The position numbers were made by a program, and so were the translations under genes. A DNA stretch of 64,000 nt from Eledone cirrhosa. Taxonomy: Eukaryota. Shown one piece after another: positions 1 through 10,451 of this stretch (within the stretch, counting starts at the first letter, position 1; each line of letters starts with the position of its first letter). The stretch is from the NCBI GenBank assembly GCA_964016885.1, contig OZ024744.1:32860001-32924000 (forward strand). Reading direction: 5' to 3'. Below the pieces are notes generated by a model. The model was not told the DNA's origin. It saw only the letters and a program-made list of their open reading frames with translations, and made no database searches.

Positions 1-601
1 GCTCGTCGCTCGTGAGAGTGCCGGTTAGGTCGGTGACCAGGTGCGTCGCATCGTTGAGGTATGGCTCGGTGTTGGTGGTTGCGGCGGTGGCGGTTGTTAA
101 GTTGTTGTTTTCCACGTGGTTCTGGTCCGTCTGTTCGTTAGTGTCGATGTTCTCGTTGTGGCGTTTCGACAAGATCCACTCATATTTTCGCTTGAGCCGT
201 TTTTTCTCGTATTGGACTCTGGAGTGGTAGCACTGGTCGATTGCTTTAGTGATTTTTAGGAGCAAGTCTCCGGGTGCTATTGGCAGTCGATGTGTCCGCT
301 CTGAGAGTGTCCGCTTATGGAAGTGTAATTGGCGGTTGAGATGTCTCAGGATCTGTTTAATACACGTGCGATGTATGCGGTTAGTGGTGTTTTGGAAGGC
401 TGGTGTACGTAGGCTTACTGGTAAGCGGATGTTCTTGATGGTGTTGGGGATGACATCGTTTTTTAGGCAGCGTTTCAGAAAAATTATTTGGCAGCCAGCG
501 TTGGCCCATTTCTCCGACAGTCTAAACAGTTCCCTTACGGACGCAAACAATTCCTGGCTCAGGTGTAAGGATAAGAGAGTATTGAAGTTTGCTTGAAGCA
601 T
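1..601 (-). CDS. Penelope-like polyprotein N-terminus (partial, continues beyond the window start)
   Basis: ATG at 601-599 reads MLQANFNTLLSLHLSQELFASVRELFRLSEKWANAGCQIIFLKRCLKNDVIPNTIKNIR..., with no stop found by hand translation. FLxxCxxxxxxP is typical of PLE N-termini. It is absent from the ORF track, presumably because there is no stop inside the window. Confidence 0.75.
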   Translation of the reverse strand, partial: MLQANFNTLLSLHLSQELFASVRELFRLSEKWANAGCQIIFLKRCLKNDVIPNTIKNIRLPVSLRTPAFQNTTNRIHRTCIKQILRHLNRQLHFHKRTLSERTHRLPIAPGDLLLKITKAIDQCYHSRVQYEKKRLKRKYEWILSKRHNENIDTNEQTDQNHVENNNLTTATAATTNTEPYLNDATHLVTDLTGTLTSDE

Positions 602-831
602 TGTGGAACAATAAGTAAATATCTATAAGTCGTTTGGAAGCCTCGACAATGCAAATGGGTAAATCTCCGGGTAACAAGGTCCGGTGGTGGAGAGAGAGAT
701 GTAAGTGGGTGTACGTTGAGATGCGTGGTGTGTATAAGATGTGTGAGATGTGTAGAATGGAGGGAAGAGTAAAAGGATAAAAATAAAAATAACAACACAA
801 GAGAGAGTTACCTTGGGAGAGATTTAATAGT

Positions 832-867
832 CCCTATATATTTCGGATTCACATCCATCAACTGGGG
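832..867 (-). ncRNA. Hammerhead-like motif with variant core in pLTR (copy 1)
   Basis: Minus strand reads CCC-CAGTTGA-T-GGAT(gtga)ATCC-GAAA-TATA-TA-GGG. Confidence 0.5.
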
Positions 868-1275
868 GGTTTTTTCCGGGGTGGGGGAAAAGGTTGTCTG
901 TCGGACAAGTCCGGAAGGCGTCTTTCGCTGTTTGCTGATTTGAATATCTGAGGTATTCGGCAGAGCGCGCGTGCGCGTGAAATGGGGTCGGTCGTACAAA
1001 GGTCAGCGGCCGAATGAGGGAGTGGGATGGCGCTAGCTGTCAGTCCATTCTCTGCCTGTTTGTTAAATGTTACTGTGTGTGTGTGTGCGTGTGTTGTTGT
1101 CTCGCTTGAGTGTGTGTGTGTGTGTGTGTGTGTTGTTGCCTTGTTCATCTGTATTGGCAGCGTAGTATGTTCGTATGGTGGAATGCTACAATGTGTGTGT
1201 GCGTGTGTGTGTGGTTGTCTCGTTTGCGTGTGTGTGTGTGTGCGTGTGTTGTGTGTTGTTGCATCGCTTGTTAAC

Positions 1276-1660
1276 TTAAACCAGCCATTTCATTTCGCTT
1301 CTTTCTAATCGGTTGTTTATTTGCGGTTGCAGGCGTTTGATAAAAAGTGCTTCTTTGATACGTAACGTGCCGATGTTTCTTTCAGTCGCTAGAATTGTGA
1401 CAATGGGCCTTCCGTCTTTGTTTCCGCATTTGTCTATGTGTTTCCGGAAAGACGAGGCCCTGGTTTTAGTGTATTCCTTGCTCCGGATGTGCAAAGGTCG
1501 AATTGTGCTACCTATGTAGTATTGGTTGCACCTGTCATATTCTATCTTATACACGACGTATGTGCGTAGGCAACAGTTAGCATGGCGTATCGGGCAGTCT
1601 CTGAGGGAGCATGCGTCAATAGATTTTTCGGGTTTCTTGGAGAGGCATCTTCGCAGGTAG
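1276..1660 (-). pseudogene. GIY-YIG endonuclease C-terminal fragment of a PLE
   Basis: CSLRDCPIRHANCC-LRTYVVYKIEYDRCNQYYIGSTIRPLHIR..E...LRIKEALFIKRLQPQINNRLE contains the VVY...YIG motif, the conserved R and E, and a Cys-rich linker. Confidence 0.88.
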
Positions 1661-1699
1661 GGGCCCGACAGACAACCTTTTCCCCCACACCGGAAAAAA

Positions 1700-1736
1700 C
1701 CCCAGTTGATGGATGTGAATCCGAAATATATAGAGA
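1700..1736 (+). ncRNA. Hammerhead-like motif with variant core in inverted pLTR (copy 2)
   Basis: CCC-CAGTTGA-T-GGAT(gtga)ATCC-GAAA-TATA-TA-GAG; stem I has a mismatch. Confidence 0.4.
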
Positions 1737-1991
1737 CTATTAAATCTCTCCCAAGGTAACTCTCTCTTGTGTTGTTATTTTTATTTTTATCCTTTTACTC
1801 TTCCCTCCATTCTACACATCTCATACATCTTATACACACCACGCATCTCAACGTACACCCACTTACATCTCTCTCTCCACCACCGGACCTTGTTACCCGG
1901 AGATTTACCCATTTGCATTGTCGAGGCTTCCAAACGACTTATAGATATTTACTTATTGTTCCACAATGCTTCAAGCAAACTTCAATACTCT

Positions 1992-2871
<880 letters not shown>

Positions 2872-2927
2872 CAAAATATGAATAAATGAAGACGTTCACA
2901 TAATCAAAATATATGTTTTATTATATA

Positions 2928-3116
2928 TAGGGCAGTGAATTGGCACTATCGGTAGAGGGTCGGACAAGCTTTCCAGCATAGTTACGTCCCTTTATGATCT
3001 GATTTCTAATCCTGCCGAGGTTAACTTTGTCTTTCATCCATACAGGGTCGATAAAATAAAGTACCAGTAATGTACTAGGTTATTGCTGGCCTTGTGCCAA
3101 AAGTAGAAACAATTAT
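2928..3116 (+). mobile_element. SINE family 1 copy
   Basis: Colinear with 2085-2270; ends ...GGCCTTGTGCCAAAAGTAGAAACAATTAT. Confidence 0.85.
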
Positions 3117-3207
3117 ATATATTTCGAGATTTGTTGTAATAAATCACTTCCAATACTGGAATTGAACCATCAAGACAGTTGAGGTATGTCATACATCAAT
3201 TCATGTA

Positions 3208-3269
3208 TTTTATCTGATGAGGACGTACTGAAAAAACAGCACAGTACCTTCGAAATATATATAATAAAA
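3208..3269 (+). ncRNA. Type I hammerhead ribozyme (family A) in a ~300-bp dispersed repeat (~3120-3415)
   Basis: TTTTAT-CTGATGA-G..GTACTG/CAGTAC..C-GAAA-TATATA-TA|ATAAAA. Core is intact, stem I pairs, stem III is palindromic. Confidence 0.8.
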
Positions 3270-3869
3270 CATATATTTTGATTATGTGAATGTCTTCATT
3301 TATTAACATTTTGAATAATATTAATAACTCCAGAAAACAACCTTGTAGAGTGCTTTTAATCTATTGTAAAACTATATTAATTGAGTAATCAATGAACCAT
3401 ATTAATCTTTGGTTATATATATATATATCTTTGGCTGTAATCTCTTCAGTCTTCGGACTAAGACGATACTTTGGTTCATAGAGACGTTCACTGTCAATGA
3501 ACGGAAAAAACGAAGATAATACGTCATATGTGGAGCGGGGAGAACAATTGCACGCAAAAACAAAACCACGTAAATGGTATAACTGAAGTCGTAGACTAAA
3601 ATTCTAACTAGGAAACCGAATGATTCTCCGCTTCAGAGTTAAGAATAAAGTAAATAAAATACAGAAGTAACTGAGATTAAATAAATACATACACGGATCC
3701 AAATACGTACATACATAAGCATACACGAAAACACTCGCCATAGGTATACAAATACACGCACGTACACAAAAAAACAAAACAAAAAAGCCCCGCACATACA
3801 GAACCCACGCAACGCCTGTACCCGCACGCATACGAATGTATACACAAAATACTCATAAAAATACATATA

Positions 3870-3872
<3 letters not shown>

Positions 3873-3962
<90 letters not shown>
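3873..3962. repeat. (TA)n(TG)n compound microsatellite
   Basis: Seen directly. Confidence 0.95.
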
Positions 3963-3968
<6 letters not shown>

Positions 3969-4278
3969 ATACATATAATTAAATATACGTATATAAATAA
4001 ATAAATACGTATATAACAATCGCTCACACATACCTACATGTAAATACACATATGTTTGGAGACGTACATCAACCAAAACATAAAGTACACATATACACAC
4101 ATCCTATATACGTACGAACCCTCATACTCACACAGACGCAAAACTCACGTATACACATAACCAAACCATATGTACCAGAATATATAATATATACGCCATA
4201 ACATATACAATCCAGTATTGCCAATACCGGAATTGTATAATCAAGACTGTAGCGGTATGGCATATATCAAATCATATA

Positions 4279-4340
4279 TTTTATCTGATGAAGACGTACG
4301 GAAAAAACAACACAGTACCTTTGAAATATATATAATAAAG
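4279..4340 (+). ncRNA. Type I hammerhead ribozyme (family A)
   Basis: TTTTAT-CTGATGA-A..GTAC/GTAC..T-GAAA-TATATA-TA|ATAAAG. The host repeat (~4212-4388) is colinear with 3145-3320. Confidence 0.72.
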
Positions 4341-4382
4341 CATATATTTTGATTATGTGAATATCCTTCATTTGTTAATATT

Positions 4383-4968
<586 letters not shown>

Positions 4969-5666
4969 ATTCTTCAAGCAGAACTTGAACTATCTTTTGG
5001 GCGAGTTGAGTGGGGGGGATGGGATGGGATAGGATAGAATGGGCTGGTGGTGGAGGGTGTCGAAGAAACCTATTTCCGCACTTGGCACTTCAATTTAGGA
5101 TAGAAGCACCTCCCACGCCAACATATCACCTGGTTCAAGAGGAAGCAAGCTTCAATTCACAAGGTTTATTATATATTGACTTACTGTCTCTATTATTGCG
5201 TGTCTGCACAGATTTTATTTCATGTGTGGAGAGAAATTAAGAAGCTCCCGAAGGATAAAATTGCACAGCTCAACTTTTCGCCAGAACTGTTGTTGTCGTT
5301 GTTGTTGTTGTTGGAAGCTTGTTTAGCCCCAGGTCAGAACTGTTCATATGTATCCCGATTTATTTTCAGATATGGTATATATATATATACTTACACACAC
5401 ACACATATATACGCACACACACACACACGTACACACGCACACACACGCACACCTACATATATATATAGGATAACAAGGTATCGTTTAAGGTAATCCAACT
5501 AGGGGTTATGAGTACTCTGTATCGAGGATAATTTTAACGTACGGCGTTGTTTGACTCAACAAGAAGTTTCTTTAGTCGAGTGGCGGTTTAAGAAAGTTCC
5601 TAGGTAAGTGGTTTTTTGGAGTAATAATAGCAAAAGAATGAAGAACGACATTCATGTGATCAAATA

Positions 5667-5733
5667 TATTTTATTATACATTTTTCAGAGGTATTGAGCT
5701 ATATTCACCAGTACATCCTCATCAGATAAAATA
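5667..5733 (-). ncRNA. Type I hammerhead ribozyme (family A), left arm of inverted repeat
   Basis: Minus strand reads TATTTTAT-CTGATGA-GGATGTAC...TACCTCT-GAAA-AATGTA-TA|ATAAAATA; stem III is decayed. Confidence 0.62.
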
Positions 5734-5844
5734 AGTTGATGCTTGACATACATTGACTATGTTGATGGTTAAAATTCACAACTAATTCACTACCATGACT
5801 GAAATTTCACCATCAACATAGTCAAGGTATGTCAAACATCAACT

Positions 5845-5911
5845 TATTTTATCTGATGAGGACGTACTATTGAGTATAGCTCAGTACCTCTGAAATATGT
5901 ATAATAAAATA
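5845..5911 (+). ncRNA. Type I hammerhead ribozyme (family A), right arm of inverted repeat
   Basis: TATTTTAT-CTGATGA-GG..GTACT/AGTAC..CT-GAAA-TATGTA-TA|ATAAAATA. Confidence 0.75.
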
Positions 5912-6037
5912 TACTTGATCACATGAATGTCGATATCTGTTAATATTTTAAATTAATATTAATAACTCCGGAAAACCAAATACTGTGGAGTGCTTCTAAT
6001 CTATTGTGAAACTTTATTCATTGAACCTTGTTTAACC

Positions 6038-6087
<50 letters not shown>

Positions 6088-6404
6088 TAAGTCTGAAGAA
6101 CAGGGAGTTAAAATTTACCTAATTTTACTTGTTAGTCCGTAGAAATTAACTAAATAAATAATCAATTAAACGGAACTAAATTTTAAATGTAAGTTTGAAG
6201 AAATAATAGATAAATGTTTACCAATATATTCCTGTAGCCCCGACTACCGGCAGTTTCGCTTGGAATTTGTGTGAAAATGTGTAATCGCTGCATATATATA
6301 TTCACACAAGAACTTGATGTTGTGAGTTCTATTTGAATAGTCCAATTTAACTCACAACATTAAGTTCTTGTCTGAATATGTCACTATCTGTAAACCAATT
6401 TTTG

Positions 6405-6465
6405 TATTTTATCTGATGAGAGCGTACCAAAATTTTAGTACCCTTGAAATATATATAATAAAATA
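6405..6465 (+). ncRNA. Type I hammerhead ribozyme (family A)
   Basis: TATTTTAT-CTGATGA-GAG.GTAC/GTAC.CTT-GAAA-TATATA-TA|ATAAAATA. It is preceded by a short fold-back at ~6296-6380. Confidence 0.75.
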
Positions 6466-6599
6466 AATATAGTTTCATCTCTTCATAAAACTATAGCTTC
6501 CATTTATTAATATTATTGATATATATATATGTATATATGTGTATATACATCTTTCTGTGTGTGTGTGTTTGCGTATTTGTCTGGGTCTATATTTATATG

Positions 6600-6760
6600 A
6601 AGGCGGCAAATTGGCAGAGTCGTTAGAACATCAGATAGAATGCTTTATGGTATTCGTTCCGGTTCTCTGCACTCTCAGTTCAAATTCTGCCGAGGTCAAC
6701 TGTGCTTTTCATCGTTTCGAGGTCGATAAAAAAGTACCAGTCTAGTACTGGGGGTTGATT
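6600..6760 (+). mobile_element. SINE family 1, diverged and 3'-truncated
   Basis: TGGCAGAGTCGTTAG head, AGTTCAAATTCTGCCGAGGTCAAC, GTCGATAAAAAAGTACCAG. Confidence 0.78.
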
Positions 6761-7174
6761 CTTCCTCTATATGTCTTTCTCAGTTACTCTCTCTCACTTT
6801 CTATCTTTCTTCGTACTCTGTACGTATCTGCTGTACTCTGCCCTGGATGGGCTCTACCAGGCTTAAACATTTCCAGGAAATGCCGTATATCAATAAGGCA
6901 TTCCCACGATTCTATCAGGAGTTACGGGACCATACATACATATTTATATGGTTGTGTCTCTCAGTCAAAGATACATATATTTAGCGTGTGTAGGAAGGAT
7001 GGAAAATAATTAAATTTACTAGGAAGAAAGATTATTTTTTGTTTTGTGTTTATCTTTTTCTACTTCTTCTTTGCTCTCTGACTGATGTAGTAATCCAACG
7101 AATCACTGAGATTTTCATCTATTTCCTTCAGTCGTGCATGAATTCGAGTCCTTAACGGCACTCCCTCAGATACG

Positions 7175-7607
7175 ACGACAGGAGTTCATGTGGATCCGAT
7201 CAATGGAACAGCCTCCTACTCGTTAAATTAACGTGCAAGTGGCTGAGCATTACACATAAACGCGTACCGTTAACGTAGCTCTCAGGGAGATTCAGCATGA
7301 CAAAGAATGTGACAAGGCTGGCCATTTAAATTATAGATACACTCAATTTTGTGGTATAGTGTAAGTGTCTGAGCATTCAACAGACACGTGTACCCTTAAC
7401 GACTCTCTCAGGGAGATTCAGCGTTACGCAGAATGTCACAAGGCTGGCCATTCAAACTACAGGTAAAACAAATTTTTGCCAGCTGAGTGGACTAGAGCAA
7501 CACAAAATAAAATGTCTTGCTCAGGGACACAACGCGCCGCTGGGAATCGAACTCACAACCTTACGATTGTAAACCGATTACCCTTACAACAAAGCCACGT
7601 GCCTTCA
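7175..7607 (-). mobile_element. tRNA-derived SINE (family 2, CORE-like) with an internal ~125-bp tandem duplication
   Basis: Minus-strand head GAAGGCACGTGGCT...GAGTTCGATTCCC is followed by GTGTCCCTGAGCAAGACA (CORE-like). ~7232-7350 is repeated at ~7358-7477. Confidence 0.75.
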
Positions 7608-7964
7608 ATGCTAGGTAGAAGATTTAATAATCTGAATGTTTTAAATTGAGGAACACCTACAATTTTAAAATAAGTCATGCTACAACTTCATCGTTTCCAA
7701 ATATATATTTTTTCATTTATATTATGTTCATTAATGAGGTTGCTGTGTTAGTTTACGATGTGAAGTGTTAGTTCTATTGATGGTCTCTTGTGGTTGAGTG
7801 GTGTGAACCACAGGAATGGGAAACAAAATCCTATGCTGGAAGAAAAAAATATATATCTATATAAAACAGCAGAACACCTAGGAGTCATGATGTAGGTAGG
7901 ACCGGGTCCGTTAGAGCGTTAGGAGGAATTGTTTGATGGGAGGTTTTCCGTCATACTATCCTCC

Positions 7965-8026
<62 letters not shown>

Positions 8027-8085
8027 ACAGGGAGAAAGAGACGATTATGAGGAAGAAAAATATCTTTTTTTCCTTTTTTGGAGGG

Positions 8086-8340
8086 GTCGTTTTGGAAGCC
8101 TCAACAATGCAGATGGGTAAATCTCCGGGTAACAGAATCCGGGGGTGAAGAGAGAGATGTAAGGGAATGTAAAATGAGATGTATAGTGTGTAGAGGAAAG
8201 TAGGAAAGAGGGTAAAAAATTAAAATAATAACACGAGATAGAGTTACCTTAGGAGAGGTTTCAATTGTCCCTATATTTCGGATTCGCATCCATCAACTGG
8301 GTGGTTTTCGAGGGGGTGGGGGAGAGTTATCTGTCGGAGA
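8086..8340 (-). mobile_element. Solo diverged pLTR fragment related to 575-904
   Basis: Colinear with 628-905 (TTGGAAGCCTC..CAATGCA.ATGGGTAAATCTCCGGGTAACA ... CTGTCGGA). It carries the variant HHR-like motif at 8269-8302. Confidence 0.8.
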
Positions 8341-8444
8341 GGAACGGTGCGTGGCCTCTGTTGTCCGCTGTTTGTGTGTAACTGAGGCTATATATATATA
8401 TATATGTGTGTGTGTGTATATATATATATATGTATATATGTATA

Positions 8445-8553
<109 letters not shown>

Positions 8554-8560
8554 TGTGCGT

Positions 8561-9035
8561 GTAAATAGGGAGAAAAAGTCGATTATTAGGAAGAACAAAT
8601 TTTTTTTTTCCTTCTATTTCTTTCTCCTTTTTCTGGGTTAGAAAATGTTTAAAACAAAATATTTTACTTTGTGTGAAGTGTTAAGATATCAGTTAACTCT
8701 CTAAAAAGGGAAATCATATCCAACCCCACACTACCATTTGCCTCCATCATGGACCAACCAAGCACTCTTGCCATAATAACACATTTTGAACAGCTTATCC
8801 TCAAGAACTATGCCTGTAAATAATATTATTCTTTCTTTCCCATTATCTTATCATGTTCCACATCACCCCCTATTTTTTTCTTTTTACTTCAAAAACCTTG
8901 TTTGTAAATAACATTATTCTTTCTTCACCATTTCCTTAACATGTTCAACATCACCTTATCTTCTCTCCAATACAAATTCCCCCCTTTGATAATGAATAAA
9001 ATGCTGAAACCGGTAATTGACAATTATTAAATATA

Positions 9036-9070
<35 letters not shown>

Positions 9071-9227
9071 ATGCCATTGTTAATTAATAAATTAACTAAT
9101 GCCTTAGCACTTCGCACAAAGTAAAATATTTTGTTTTAAACATTTTCTAACCCAGAAAAAGGAGAAATAAATAAAGGAAAAAAATATATTTTTCTTCCTA
9201 ATAATCGTCTTTTTCTCCCTTTTTACA
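8561..9227. repeat. Inverted-repeat-bounded element (arms ~8561-8684 and ~9103-9227)
   Basis: The arms are reverse complements. A partial third copy of the arm lies at ~8023-8080. Microsatellites flank the element. Confidence 0.7.
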
Positions 9228-9518
9228 TATATATATATATTCCAACTCGTGTGCTCCTTCTCCACATTTTATTATTATTATATATATACATATATATATA
9301 GTGAAAGAATGAAGAGTAACATGGTTGGCTGTACAAGAAGGGGCTTTATTTCAGGTATTGACAATTGTTTCATTGATCAGGTGAGTCTAGAGGTCGCTAA
9401 TCGCTTGAAGCCGTACGTTAAAACTATCCACGACGCAGAGTACTCACAACCTCTAACTGGATTACCTATAACGATAACTTGTTACCCCATATATATATAG
9501 ATAGATATATGCAACCAA

Positions 9519-9603
9519 GGTCCGACGAGCTTTTGATTCCAGAGTCGGGCCAGATCGATACAGATCGAACCTTGAGTTGATCAATAGCGAAATGCGCGTC
9601 ACC
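9519..9603 (+). ncRNA. Type I hammerhead-like motif with extended stem II (U4C core)
   Basis: GGT-CCGACGA-GCTTTTGATT...GATCAATAGC-GAAA-TGCGCG-TC|ACC. Confidence 0.55.
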
Positions 9604-9734
9604 AATCAATAAACATAATGAAGGCTTAACAAATCGTCTTTGTATTATTATATATATAACATGACGATGTTTCATTCAGACACGCAGACACCCACATATA
9701 TACATATATGGGTGTGGGTGTGTTTAAGTGTGAT

Positions 9735-9950
9735 GGTTTCAGGTTTAGGCACAAGCCCAGAAATTTGGGGGTGGAGGGGAAATTCAATTAAATCGACGCC
9801 TGTGCGTGACTGGTACTTTATTTGATCGACTTCGCAAGGATGAAAGGCAAAGCTAACTTCGGCGGGATTTGAACTCAGAACGTAAAATGACGTAACTCTA
9901 TGCCATGAAGCATGTCTGACGCTTTACTGATATGCCAATCCACCCCACCC
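9735..9950 (-). mobile_element. SINE family 1, diverged
   Basis: Plus strand CTGGTACTTTATTTGATCGAC..GGATGAAAGGCAAAG..CGGCGGGATTTGAACTCAG. Confidence 0.8.
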
Positions 9951-9952
9951 TC

Positions 9953-10155
9953 TTAATAATAATAATTGTTTCTACTTTTGGCACAAGGCCAGCAATTACC
10001 CAGTACATTACTGGTACTTTATTTTATCGACCCCGTAAGGATGAAAGGCAGAGTGAACCTCGGCGGGTCTTGAACTCAGACAATAAATGGACATAACTCT
10101 ATGCTGCAAAGCATGGCGTCCGACACTCTACAATACTGCCAATCCACCGTCTTCT
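9953..10155 (-). mobile_element. SINE family 1
   Basis: Reverse complement of the 2085-2270 type, with an (AAT)n tail at 9953-9966. Confidence 0.85.
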
Positions 10156-10451
10156 TAATAATAATAATAATGATTTCATTTATTGGCCACAAGGGCCGAC
10201 ATTTAGGGGACAATACAAAAGACTGGGACAGTGGGGTTTTACAGAAAAATCGAGTAAACAATATGAATAACAATAATAAAGTAACAATAAACAAGTAACA
10301 ATAAAGTAACAAGAAAATTACAACAAGAAAAAATTCCCCAATAGGGGGGATGACCACCTAGGGTTCGCTCAGGTACCCCACCAGTCCTGAACGAGCCGAC
10401 GCTTCGAGAGCACCCTGGAAGGGCACCCCTCTCCTCTTCAAATTTACCTAC

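Larger units (their letters stand above)
1..1992 (-). mobile_element. Penelope-like element 5' region: inverted pLTR (1665-1992), upstream partial copy (GIY-YIG end + UTR, ~1660-602), then main ORF start running off the window
   Basis: 575-904 is a near-exact reverse complement of 1665-1992. A GIY-YIG C-terminus at 1276-1660 and a PLE N-terminal ORF from 601 lie on the same strand. This is the established tandem plus inverted pLTR architecture of PLEs. Confidence 0.88.

Noticed and set aside
6085-6160. CTGAAGA...GAAATTAACTA hammerhead-like string
   Set aside because: A partial stem II exists but stems I and III do not pair.
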